This document shows, piece by piece, positions 41,626 through 50,058 of a DNA stretch of 64,000 nt. The notes below the pieces were generated by a model, which worked only from the letters and a program-made list of their open reading frames with translations, did no database searches and was not told where the DNA came from. The position numbers and the translations under genes are program-made. The number at the start of each line of letters is the position of its first letter. Within the stretch, counting starts at the first letter, position 1. Source of the stretch: Kiritimatiellia bacterium (lineage in GTDB: Bacteria > Verrucomicrobiota > Kiritimatiellia > RFP12 > UBA1067); assembly GCA_017447805.1 (NCBI GenBank), contig JAFSMR010000006.1:50314-114313 (forward strand), read 5' to 3'.

Positions 41626-42243
41626 TTAGAATACGATAGCTGTTTCGCTTAGTGCTGCGCGGATTCTCGCCATCTCGTTTAGGCTCATCTGCAACTCGCC
41701 GAGCTGTAGTGATTTTAGGCTTTTCCACGCGCTCAAATCTTCCGGCAGACGAATAATCGAAGTCCTGGAAAAAGAAAGATGTTCAAGCCCTTCCTTTTTC
41801 GCAAGCCATTCCGGGACTTCCTTGATTTGGCTATTGCCCGATAAATCGATATCCGTAAGACGCGGCAAATTCTTGAGTCCCTCCGGAACGGCCGTTAGAT
41901 TATTATCGCGAAGATATATTCTGCGCAGATTCACGAGATTGTCGAGAGATGGAATTTGCGTAAGCTTATTGCCATTAAGGCGAAGCCACTTCAATCCCTT
42001 GAGAGAAAGAAGTTCTTCCGGAAAAACTTCAAGCTCGTTCCGGTCGAGATTCACATAATCGATAATATCGCCGACCTTGAAAAGTTCCTGCACTTGCTTC
42101 AAATCTTTAAGATTGCGATCTTGAAGATAGATTCTGGCTTCTTTGGGAACTTGTTTATATGCCGGGATAGGCTCGTTAAACCACCCCGCCAGAATGCTGG
42201 CGGGTATGGTTAACATAAACGCAACTAAGGCGAAGTTTTTCAT
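41626..42243 (-). CDS. secreted leucine-rich-repeat protein
   Basis: Start set at the ATG overlapping the tpiA stop (TAATG). Signal peptide MKNFALVAFMLTIPASILA. About 6 LRR units (LxxLxLxxNxLxxxP). The longer ORF to 42492 runs inside tpiA. Confidence 0.7.
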   Translation of the reverse strand: MKNFALVAFMLTIPASILAGWFNEPIPAYKQVPKEARIYLQDRNLKDLKQVQELFKVGDIIDYVNLDRNELEVFPEELLSLKGLKWLRLNGNKLTQIPSLDNLVNLRRIYLRDNNLTAVPEGLKNLPRLTDIDLSGNSQIKEVPEWLAKKEGLEHLSFSRTSIIRLPEDLSAWKSLKSLQLGELQMSLNEMARIRAALSETAIVF

Positions 42244-42998
42244 TAGTTGCCTGCCGCTACGATTTGAGCGAAATCCGCGGCTTTGAGTGCGGCGCCGCCG
42301 ATCAATCCGCCGTCGATATCGGGCTTCGCGAGAAGTTCTGCGGCATTGCCCGGCTTCATGGAGCCGCCATATTGAATTCTTACAGTCTCGGCGGTTTCTG
42401 CGCCAACGAGCTTTGCGAGGGTCGCGCGAATGAGCGCGTGCACTTCCTGCGCTTGGTCGGGAGTAGCTGTTTTGCCTGTTCCGATTGCCCAAACTGGTTC
42501 GTATGCGATTACGAGCTTAGTGCAATCGGCCGCAGTGACATCCTTGAGGCCGACATTCATCTGGCGTTCGATCACTTCGACGAGCTTGCCGGCTTCGCGC
42601 TCTTCGAGCGTTTCGCCTACGCATACGATTGCGGTAAGCCCTGCTGCGATTGCTGCGCGCGTGCGCTGATTTACGGTTTCATCGGTTTCGCCGAAATATT
42701 GACGACGCTCGGAGTGGCCGATGATTACATATTTCGCGCCTGCATCGAGAAGCATGCCGGTAGAAATTTCGCCGGTGAAAGCGCCGCTTTCTTTCCAGTG
42801 GCAATTCTCGCCGCCAATGCCGACATTCGTGCCAGATGCCGCGGCTACTGCGGCCGGGATATCTATTGCCGGTGTGCAGCATACGACTTCGACATTTGTG
42901 TATGCTTTTGTCGCTTCTGCGACTGCTGTTACCAGAGCGGCGGTTTCGGAAGGCTTGATATTCATCTTCCAGTTGCCGGCGATTATTTTCTTTCTCAT
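42243..42998 (-). CDS. tpiA: triosephosphate isomerase
   Basis: 251 aa. AGNWKMN, GHSERR, AYEPVWAIGTG. Confidence 0.95.
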   Translation of the reverse strand: MRKKIIAGNWKMNIKPSETAALVTAVAEATKAYTNVEVVCCTPAIDIPAAVAAASGTNVGIGGENCHWKESGAFTGEISTGMLLDAGAKYVIIGHSERRQYFGETDETVNQRTRAAIAAGLTAIVCVGETLEEREAGKLVEVIERQMNVGLKDVTAADCTKLVIAYEPVWAIGTGKTATPDQAQEVHALIRATLAKLVGAETAETVRIQYGGSMKPGNAAELLAKPDIDGGLIGGAALKAADFAQIVAAGN

Positions 42999-43041
42999 TT
43001 TCTTAGGTTCCTTGTTTTTTATTATGGTCAGATTGTAAATT

Positions 43042-43533
43042 TTATTTCTTTTCTTGGGTGCTTGCGAATTTGCGATATTTCACTTTCGCTTCCTTGAACA
43101 TTTTGCCTACTACATCGAGGAAGGCATAGTCGCCGCCATACACGACTTCCTTTATGCCTGCGTTGACAAGCAATTTGGCGCAAGTAAGGCATGGTGAAAT
43201 CGTTATGTATATCGTGCCGCCATCGAGGGCGTGACCATATAGCGCCGCTTGGCAGATTGCGTTTTGTTCTGCGTGGGTGCAGAGGCATTCTTCGAGGTGT
43301 GTTCCGCTTTCGGTCTTTCCGGCGCATCTCGGGCATCCGCCCTCGAAGCAGTTTTTCACTCCTCGCGGCGTCCCGTTGTAACCTGTCGCGAGTATGTGGT
43401 GATCTTTCATCACGACTGCGCCGACGTGGCGGCGCGTGCAGTTGGAGCGCTTTGCCACTACCTCGGCAATACCCATGAAATATTCATCCCAAGAAGGGCG
43501 GGGATCGGCGATTTTCTTTTTCGAGCCTGCCAT
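43042..43533 (-). CDS. deoxycytidylate (dCMP) deaminase
   Basis: 163 aa. Zinc motifs HAEQNAI and PCLTCAKLL. Confidence 0.88.
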   Translation of the reverse strand: MAGSKKKIADPRPSWDEYFMGIAEVVAKRSNCTRRHVGAVVMKDHHILATGYNGTPRGVKNCFEGGCPRCAGKTESGTHLEECLCTHAEQNAICQAALYGHALDGGTIYITISPCLTCAKLLVNAGIKEVVYGGDYAFLDVVGKMFKEAKVKYRKFASTQEKK

Positions 43534-43549
43534 TTCGATATTCGCTTCT

Positions 43550-44962
43550 TTAGAGGTTTTGGAGTTTTTCTTCCGCCTTCTTCAGAAGCTCGCGGTTTTT
43601 ATCTGCAAGCTGCGGCTTTTTCTTGAACGAGGCGCAGAGGGCGGTTTCGAGATTGCCATCCTCTAGCCCCGTTGCCTTGAAAGCTTTGAGCGCGGCGAGC
43701 ATCATGGTATTAGCGGCTTTCGGCACGCCGAATTCTTCAGCCATTCGAATCGCCGGAACGCGCTTTAGCGTAACGCCTTCGGGGGGCGGAATATCGACCG
43801 GCACGCTTTCGTCTACGATAATCAAACCGCCTCTCTTTACATCAGGCGCGAAGCGCTCGTAAGAAGGTTGATTCATGCAAACGAGGACATCGGGATGCTC
43901 GACGGTCGGCGCGCCGATTCTCGTCCCGCTTACTACTACCGAGCAACTTGCAGATCCTCCGCGTTGTTCGGGTCCGTAGGAGGGGAACCAAAGAGTATGG
44001 CGCTTTTCGAGACGTGCCGCTTCCGCTACGCACAGCCCGAGCGAAAGGATTCCTTGTCCGCCGTAGCCAGCGAATTTGAATCGCTTTTCGGCAATCGCGG
44101 GATCATCCTCGACCGGCGGCGCGCTATCTTTTTCGATAAATAGCGAAGCACACGAATCGAAATGCGGAACATCTATAGATTGCGGCCTGTTTGTTTCATC
44201 TCCCGTCGAATCTCTGAAAACGCCGAGGGGGAATTCTTTTTCCATCTCGTTTATGCAAAACGCCGCGGCATCCTGCGCGTTCATCTTGAAATTCGTGGGG
44301 CAGGGCGCCAGGATTTCGAGAAGCGCATAGCCTTTTTTATCGCGTTCGATTTCGAATACTTTCCTTATCGCCTGCTTGGTCTGCATAATACGCTTGGTAT
44401 CGGCTACGCTTACGCGCGCGATATACACGGGCGCTTTTAGATTATTGAATACTTCGCAGACGTGCAAAGGGTATCCGGTTATGGAGCTGTCGCGTCCGAA
44501 AGGCGAGGTCGTCGTCTTTTCTCCTTCAAGCGTAGTTGGCGCCATTTGCCCGCCCGTCATGCCATAGAGCGAGTTGTTGATGAAGATGCAGCCGAATTTT
44601 TCGCCGCGCGAAGCGGCTTGGAAGGCGTTATTGAAGCCAATCGCCCCGAGGTCCCCATCGCCTTGATATGCAATCGTTACGGCATCCGGCCTCGCCCTCG
44701 CAGCGCCCGTTGCCGCCGCGGAAGCGCGTCCATGCGCCGCGGAAATGTGGGAAGCATCCCAATAGTAATATGTGAAAACACCGCAGCCGACGGGATCTAC
44801 GAAAATCGTATTATCTTGCAATCCCATCTCGGCGCACGCTTCTGCAATCAACTTGTTTACGATTCCATGTCCACAGCCCGGACAATAGTGAGTCGTTCGC
44901 GCATGGGCTTTGCCGCAGCGCGGGAATTCGCTGTACATTCCTTTTTGTTCGAGTATCTTCAT
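43550..44962 (-). CDS. 2-oxoacid:ferredoxin oxidoreductase, fused beta (TPP-binding) and gamma subunits
   Basis: 470 aa. N-terminal CPGCGHG and GDGD TPP motifs. The C-terminal roughly 190 aa are gamma-like (FAGYGGQGILSLG). Confidence 0.85.
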   Translation of the reverse strand: MKILEQKGMYSEFPRCGKAHARTTHYCPGCGHGIVNKLIAEACAEMGLQDNTIFVDPVGCGVFTYYYWDASHISAAHGRASAAATGAARARPDAVTIAYQGDGDLGAIGFNNAFQAASRGEKFGCIFINNSLYGMTGGQMAPTTLEGEKTTTSPFGRDSSITGYPLHVCEVFNNLKAPVYIARVSVADTKRIMQTKQAIRKVFEIERDKKGYALLEILAPCPTNFKMNAQDAAAFCINEMEKEFPLGVFRDSTGDETNRPQSIDVPHFDSCASLFIEKDSAPPVEDDPAIAEKRFKFAGYGGQGILSLGLCVAEAARLEKRHTLWFPSYGPEQRGGSASCSVVVSGTRIGAPTVEHPDVLVCMNQPSYERFAPDVKRGGLIIVDESVPVDIPPPEGVTLKRVPAIRMAEEFGVPKAANTMMLAALKAFKATGLEDGNLETALCASFKKKPQLADKNRELLKKAEEKLQNL

Positions 44963-46017
44963 CCCAAGACCTCCTTCGCCGCTTTGATCGCCTCGTCTAC
45001 GCCAACTACTTCACCGCCCATTCTATGTACCATCCGGACTTTCGCGGCTTCTTCGCCTAGCCCCGCCTTGGCGAGATTAAGCCTTATATCGTCCGCGAAT
45101 TGTCCGGCATCGAGTTCGATAGTCATTATCTTTTTGCCCTTGAGAGCCGCGGCGAGTTGCTCGCGCGGGAAGGGGTTTAGGGTTATCGGACGGAACACGC
45201 CGGCCTTGATGTTTTCTTTTCGTAATTCTTCTGCGCTCGTCCTTGCGATACGGCTTGAAATTCCATAGCCGCAAATTACGATTTCGGCGTCGTCGCATAG
45301 GAAAGTTTCCGCTTTGGCGTCGGCCGCCATGCGAGCGTATTTTTCTTGAAGGTGGTTGTTGAACTCTTCTTGTTGTGCGGCGTCGAGATATATGGATTTT
45401 ACGAGGTTTTCTCTCGTCTTCGCTTCGCCTTGCGCGGCCCATGCCGAAAAATCGGGCCTATCCAGCTCTTTTTCAGGCAGAGTCAACGATTCCATCATTT
45501 GCCCCTGCAAGCCATCGACGAGCACAACCGCCGGGGTGCGCCATTTCGCGGCCATCTTAAACGCTTCGATCGTATAATCTAGCATTTCCTGCACGCTCGC
45601 TGGTGCGATTGTGAATGTCTGGTAGTTGCCGTGACCTCCGCCTTTGACGGCTGGCATATAATCGCCTTGTTCGGGATATACATTGCCAAGCCCCGGACCT
45701 GCGCGCATTACATCTACTACTACCGCCGGCAATTCGGCACCCGCGAGATACGATAGGCCTTCTTGCATTAGCGAAAAGCCTGGCCCGCTCGTAGCAGTCA
45801 TCGAAAGTTTGCCGGCGCCCGCCGCCCCGAACATCATATTGATGGATGCCGTCTCGCATTCCGCCTGGACAAACGTCCGCCCCAGCATCGGAAACCACTT
45901 CGCCGCGCCATGTGCGATCTCGCTAGCTGGCGTTATCGGATAGCCGAAATACAATTCGCATCCGGCGTATAACGCGCCGATTACTACTGCTTCATTCCCT
46001 TTTACGAATTTCGTCAT
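44959..46017 (-). CDS. 2-oxoacid:ferredoxin oxidoreductase alpha subunit
   Basis: 352 aa. GNEAVVIGAL..GYPITPASEI pattern. Confidence 0.88.
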   Translation of the reverse strand: MTKFVKGNEAVVIGALYAGCELYFGYPITPASEIAHGAAKWFPMLGRTFVQAECETASINMMFGAAGAGKLSMTATSGPGFSLMQEGLSYLAGAELPAVVVDVMRAGPGLGNVYPEQGDYMPAVKGGGHGNYQTFTIAPASVQEMLDYTIEAFKMAAKWRTPAVVLVDGLQGQMMESLTLPEKELDRPDFSAWAAQGEAKTRENLVKSIYLDAAQQEEFNNHLQEKYARMAADAKAETFLCDDAEIVICGYGISSRIARTSAEELRKENIKAGVFRPITLNPFPREQLAAALKGKKIMTIELDAGQFADDIRLNLAKAGLGEEAAKVRMVHRMGGEVVGVDEAIKAAKEVLG

Positions 46018-46262
46018 GCCTTCACCACCTTTATCGCATAAGGTTCAGGACAATTGTAGAAACATATTCCACATCCTATGCAGCCAAACCCGACATATCC
46101 GACAGGTTTAATGCCCATAGAATTGAGCGTAGTTTTTATTTCTAGACACTTCCTGGGGCACGCCGCAACACATCTGCCGCAGCCTTTGCAGGAATCTTCT
46201 TCAATCTCTGGATGACTTTCCAATTTCTGACCTTCTTCCAATAATACTCCACCCGCGCCCAT
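46014..46262 (-). CDS. 2x[4Fe-4S] ferredoxin (oxidoreductase delta subunit)
   Basis: 82 aa. CKGCGRCVAACP and CIGCGICFYNCP. Confidence 0.8.
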   Translation of the reverse strand: MGAGGVLLEEGQKLESHPEIEEDSCKGCGRCVAACPRKCLEIKTTLNSMGIKPVGYVGFGCIGCGICFYNCPEPYAIKVVKA

Positions 46263-46282
46263 ATTGTGCGCAAGTGCCGCAT

Positions 46283-46291
46283 ATTATAGCA
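46283..46291 (-). promoter_or_regulatory. extended -10 element TGcTATAAT upstream of the oxidoreductase operon
   Basis: Minus strand TGCTATAAT, then a 20-nt interval without SD before the ATG at 46262. Confidence 0.5.
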
Positions 46292-46346
46292 TTTTTTCTT
46301 CATTTCCGCAAGTAGCCGCAGGTGCCCTGAACGGCGCGCTTGCGCG

Positions 46347-47210
46347 CTAGATAGTCAGTAAAATCACGCCGGCTAGAATTGCCGTTAGCGCTAGACCATT
46401 TCGCCAAAGATTGCGCTCTGCAAAAATCGCCCCGCCGATTATAAACGTACCAATCGTGCTCGTCCGGCGAATCGTCGAAATTATCGATATCCTGGCGTCG
46501 CTATATGATATTGCTGTGAAATACAGAAAATCGCTAAGCGCGAGCAATATGCCGACAGCTGGAATCGTCACACGCCATTTTAGAGGAGTAGAATCGAATT
46601 TACGGGCAATGAGGCAAGCTATCAGGTATATGACGCACATCCCGCCCATGAACCAAAACAGCACGGTAAGCGGCGGGATCGAGAGCTTTTGCAGCAGAAG
46701 TTTATCATATAGCGCGCTTGCAGAACCAAAGAGCGTAGCGAGAATCGCCAAGATTATGGATGGTGTTTTAAGCGAAAACCCCTCGCGCTTTGTCGCAAAC
46801 GAAAATGCTATGCAACCGGCAAAAGTAATCGCGAACCCGGCCGTCTGCAAGGCTGTAGGCCACTCGCTCAAGAACAGAATCGCAACAAGAGTTGTCCAAA
46901 TCGGGCCAGTCGCGCGAATGGGCCCCATAATCGTAACAGGCAAAGTTTTTAGCGCCCAATATGCGAATGACCAACTAGCCCCGACGATTGCCGATTTTGC
47001 TGCGAGGAGCAGAAAAGTCTTCGTCCCGATTGCCATTGTCGCACCAAGATCTCCGCGAAAGGCGAGGACGGCGAGCACCGACAAAAAGCCGCTAGCGCTC
47101 GTCATCAAGAGAACTTCGAACGCGCGATTGCCGCTTACGCTATGCTTTTTGCAGATATCATATAGCGAGAGTGTTACTGCAGATGAGATTATAAATGCTA
47201 GCCAGCCCAT
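46347..47210 (-). CDS. EamA/DMT-family transporter
   Basis: 287 aa with 10 predicted TM helices arranged as two EamA halves. Confidence 0.8.
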   Translation of the reverse strand: MGWLAFIISSAVTLSLYDICKKHSVSGNRAFEVLLMTSASGFLSVLAVLAFRGDLGATMAIGTKTFLLLAAKSAIVGASWSFAYWALKTLPVTIMGPIRATGPIWTTLVAILFLSEWPTALQTAGFAITFAGCIAFSFATKREGFSLKTPSIILAILATLFGSASALYDKLLLQKLSIPPLTVLFWFMGGMCVIYLIACLIARKFDSTPLKWRVTIPAVGILLALSDFLYFTAISYSDARISIISTIRRTSTIGTFIIGGAIFAERNLWRNGLALTAILAGVILLTI

Positions 47211-47289
47211 AACGGCAAACTATTTTACCACATTTTCCGTCCGCAATCAATACCCCGCCGGTGTGTGTGGCGCAGTTTCTTAGCCCTTT

Positions 47290-47500
47290 TGCCTTTCAAC
47301 TTTCAGACTTTTGACTGCGCAGCGAAGCCGCGCGTCAGGTAGGTCATTAGGAATTAGCAGTTAGTAGTTAGTAGTTTTTATTTAATGCGAGAGGCGCTCA
47401 AGGCGCAGAGGTTGTTCGGCTCATCGCCCTGAACATCTGAACTTTCTGAACATCTGAACGCGGCGAAGCCGCCCTGAACGGCGGCGCGGGCGCGAAGCGG
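47290..47500. repeat. mosaic intergenic repeat block L5
   Basis: TAGTAGTTAG words. GCCCTGAACATCTGAACTTTCTGAACATCTGAAC...GCCCTGAACGGCGGCGCGGGCG, the inverse of 56849-56930. Confidence 0.75.
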
Positions 47501-47503
47501 ATG

Positions 47504-48493
47504 TTAGAGCATTTCGGCGAGGATTGGGGCGGCGTGATTGAAAAAGCGTTGCCAGCCTTTGCACAATGTTAGACGATTTCGCGGGCAATCGCCTTTACAT
47601 AGTGCATAAGAAGGGCAGTTTAGGCATTTGGCGCTGAGATTAGAGCGCTTCGCGTTTGCAAAAGTCAGATATTTTGGGCTCTGAAGGATTTCTTGCCATG
47701 AATTTTCCATTATGTTGCCGAGGCGAAGGCTTTTTTCTACGAAGAAATCGCATGGATATACCGCGCCATCGAAATCCACTACCAAATAATGATCGCAAGC
47801 ATCTGAAAACGAACATTGCGTAGGATAGCCGCGAAATAGCGACGAGACGATAGAATCGAAAAGACGAATCGAGATTACACGAGAATCTTCTTTTCGCCAT
47901 TCATCGAAAAGCCTTACGAGAAATTCGCCCCATTCTTCGCCGGAAATCGCAAATTCCGGATAAGGGCCGGTGCATTCTATGTATTGGTGAAAGCGGGTTT
48001 GAAAGTTGTCTCTGAGGAATCTATATAGTCTCTCAGGCTCGGATACATTAGCCTTGGATACGACAGTCAAAAGATTGTAGTCTACATTTGCTTTTTCAAG
48101 AAGTCGAATACCATTTACGGCGTTTTGAAATGATTCGCCGCGCATTTTCTGGTGGAGCTGAGGGGGGCCATCTATTGAAGCGCCGACTAGCCATGAGCCG
48201 CGCGCAAATCGCTCTGCGAAATCTTGTGTGATGAGAGTCGCGTTGGTTTGGATCGAACGAATTATAGGGGCGCTTGAGATGATATCGAAAATGTAACTAG
48301 GCGCCAATAGAGGTTCGCCGCCTTGGAGAGCTATCGACTTTTCCGAAAAGGGCAGTTCGCAATATGAAGAGACTAGTCTTTCGAGAACCTCCTTGCTCAT
48401 AACGCCTCTTTCATGCTCGAGGTAAAAGCAGTATTTGCAAGATAGATTGCAAGCGCTTCCGACTGGCTTCAGGAGTATGGAAAATGGACGCAT
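47504..48493 (-). CDS. radical SAM/SPASM-domain enzyme, anaerobic sulfatase-maturase-like
   Basis: 329 aa. CNLSCKYCFY (CX3CX2C), GGEPLL, C-terminal SPASM CX2CX5CX3C (CLNCPSYALCKGDC). Overall anSME-like pattern. Confidence 0.85.
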   Translation of the reverse strand: MRPFSILLKPVGSACNLSCKYCFYLEHERGVMSKEVLERLVSSYCELPFSEKSIALQGGEPLLAPSYIFDIISSAPIIRSIQTNATLITQDFAERFARGSWLVGASIDGPPQLHQKMRGESFQNAVNGIRLLEKANVDYNLLTVVSKANVSEPERLYRFLRDNFQTRFHQYIECTGPYPEFAISGEEWGEFLVRLFDEWRKEDSRVISIRLFDSIVSSLFRGYPTQCSFSDACDHYLVVDFDGAVYPCDFFVEKSLRLGNIMENSWQEILQSPKYLTFANAKRSNLSAKCLNCPSYALCKGDCPRNRLTLCKGWQRFFNHAAPILAEML

Positions 48494-49896
48494 TATGAGC
48501 GATCTTCCGGCTCTTCTTCCAGGATTATTGCGGCAGATCTGCCACCTGTGGAAGCGACGCCAATAGTTTCCGAGGGGTCGAAGTTATCTGCTATAACGGC
48601 TGCTCTGCGCGGTGAAGAGCTATCCCCCGCGAGCCACGGGCGCGGCTCAGTCAAAAGATATGCGCTTGAGCTGAGATTGGAAAGCTTTTCCATAGGGCGC
48701 TCGGGGACGATTTGAGGCGGAAGGACTTTGTTCTTCAGCGCTAGCGCAACTTTTACCAGCCCTGCGGCCATCGAAGCTTTCATCGTGTGGCCGATATTGC
48801 CTTTTATCGAGCCGATGCCGACGAGCGGGCCGCCGGCGCGGTGCTCGCCCCAGAGTTTTTGGATTGCCGCGACTTCACGCTCTTGGGGGCCGTTTAAACC
48901 CGAGCCATCCGCTTCGATGAGAGAAATGGTTTTGGGCTCGGCGTCGATTCGTTTCATCGCGTTCGAAAAAATCAGCGAACCATCGCCTTCCGGGTTATGC
49001 CCAATAGATACAGAGCGAATTAGGGCATAGATTCTATCGTGGTCGCGAAGGGCATCTTCTCTTCTTTTCAGGACGAAGAACGCCCCGCCTTCGCCGGGGA
49101 TTGTTCCTTCGGCATCTTGCGAGAATGGCTCGAGAGTAGGCTTGGTCGAAAATCTTACGATTCCAGAGAGGCCTTGGAGATATGCGCGGCCTAGCGGCGA
49201 AGTCACGACCCCCGCGAGCACAGTATCTGCATCGCCAGAGCGCAAATCTCTAATGGCATCCATTATTACAGCCGCGCCAGTCAAGTTGCCGGCATCGAGA
49301 ATCGTGGCAGCGCCGCCGAAAGAACATTCGCGGGCAATCCACGAGACGAAGCGAAAGCCGCTGCCTAGAAGGAACGAGGCTGCATTTGGGACAGGGAGCG
49401 ATTCGCGAAGCTTTTCCTTTACTTCTTCAATGGAATTTTCCGGCGCGCTAGGAAAGAAGCGCCGCAAGATATCCATCGTCTGATCCAGAAACGCGGTATG
49501 TTGAAGCCAGTTGACGGTTGAAGCGTTGAAGGGCGGCGCATAGCCTAAGCGGACAGTGCCGCGGCGCATTTCGTGTGCGTGCGGCCGAATCGAGGCGTCT
49601 CCGAGCGCATCGAAGGCCAATTGGGTCGCGAAATAAAGGTCTTGGTTTTCGCCGGCATTTATCTGCCGTGGAAAATTCTGCATCGCTTGCACGCATGAAA
49701 ACAGGTTGCCGAGCTGTCCGATACGCGTTGGGTAAGGGTTGTCGAATAGCTTCTTCGTGCCATAGGGAATTTCAGTATCGGGCCCGGGAACGCTAAGCAT
49801 GTTCTTCGAGCCCATTATTACATTCCAAAGCGCACGAGGATTCGCACATCCGGCGAATCTGCAACTCATACCTACTATAGCTATTGCGCTATTCAT
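48493..49896 (-). CDS. stand-alone ketosynthase-fold protein with degenerate active site
   Basis: 467 aa. Type I PKS KS pattern (IAIVGMSCRF.G, KGNIGH..ASMAAG, ...IILEE). Asn204 replaces the nucleophile Cys (LDAGNLTG versus DTACSSS). Asp330 replaces the first His (EADGSGL versus EAHGTGT). Confidence 0.75.
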   Translation of the reverse strand: MNSAIAIVGMSCRFAGCANPRALWNVIMGSKNMLSVPGPDTEIPYGTKKLFDNPYPTRIGQLGNLFSCVQAMQNFPRQINAGENQDLYFATQLAFDALGDASIRPHAHEMRRGTVRLGYAPPFNASTVNWLQHTAFLDQTMDILRRFFPSAPENSIEEVKEKLRESLPVPNAASFLLGSGFRFVSWIARECSFGGAATILDAGNLTGAAVIMDAIRDLRSGDADTVLAGVVTSPLGRAYLQGLSGIVRFSTKPTLEPFSQDAEGTIPGEGGAFFVLKRREDALRDHDRIYALIRSVSIGHNPEGDGSLIFSNAMKRIDAEPKTISLIEADGSGLNGPQEREVAAIQKLWGEHRAGGPLVGIGSIKGNIGHTMKASMAAGLVKVALALKNKVLPPQIVPERPMEKLSNLSSSAYLLTEPRPWLAGDSSSPRRAAVIADNFDPSETIGVASTGGRSAAIILEEEPEDRS

Positions 49897-49936
49897 GCAA
49901 GCGATGAAGTTGCGGCGTTGAAATCGGGAAGGGGAT

Positions 49937-50030
49937 TGGCGGAGGGAGGGGGATTTGAACCCCCGGTACGAGAGTTAACTCGTACGACGATTTAGCAAAC
50001 CGTTGCCTTCAGCCACTCGGCCATCCCTCC
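49937..50030 (-). tRNA. tRNA-Ser (anticodon GCU), CCA encoded
   Basis: The minus strand folds as a cloverleaf: acceptor GGAGGGA/TCCCTCC, anticodon stem ACGGT/ATCGT with loop TTGCTAA, long variable arm CGTACGAG..CTCGTAC, T arm GGGGG-TTCAAAT-CCCCC, discriminator G plus CCA. Confidence 0.9.
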
Positions 50031-50049
50031 AAATCGTTTAACGCCGCAT

Positions 50050-50058
50050 ATTATATCA
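50050..50058 (-). promoter_or_regulatory. extended -10 element TGaTATAAT upstream of tRNA-Ser
   Basis: The minus strand reads TGATATAAT, 19 nt before the mature tRNA 5' end. Its TGA is also the nagA stop codon. Confidence 0.5.

Noticed and set aside
41626-42492. Over-long track ORFs with N-terminal extensions: 41626-42492, 51286-52356, 10074-10991, 17082-17888, 18998-19348, 20191-20508, 20426-20818, 24253-25194, 31881-33233, 50056-51282
   Set aside because: The extensions overlap the upstream gene or run through promoter elements. Internal ATGs coincide with an SD or with the TGnTATAAT-proximal position, and with the expected protein N-termini.
48600-48640. An S-S-P-R-R stretch near the C-terminus of the KS-like protein as a sulfatase-type S-x-P-x-R maturase target
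   Set aside because: The five-residue match lacks the extended sulfatase signature (..P-S/A-R-x-x-x-L-T-G), so a chance occurrence is likely. It is mentioned only as something MS could exclude.
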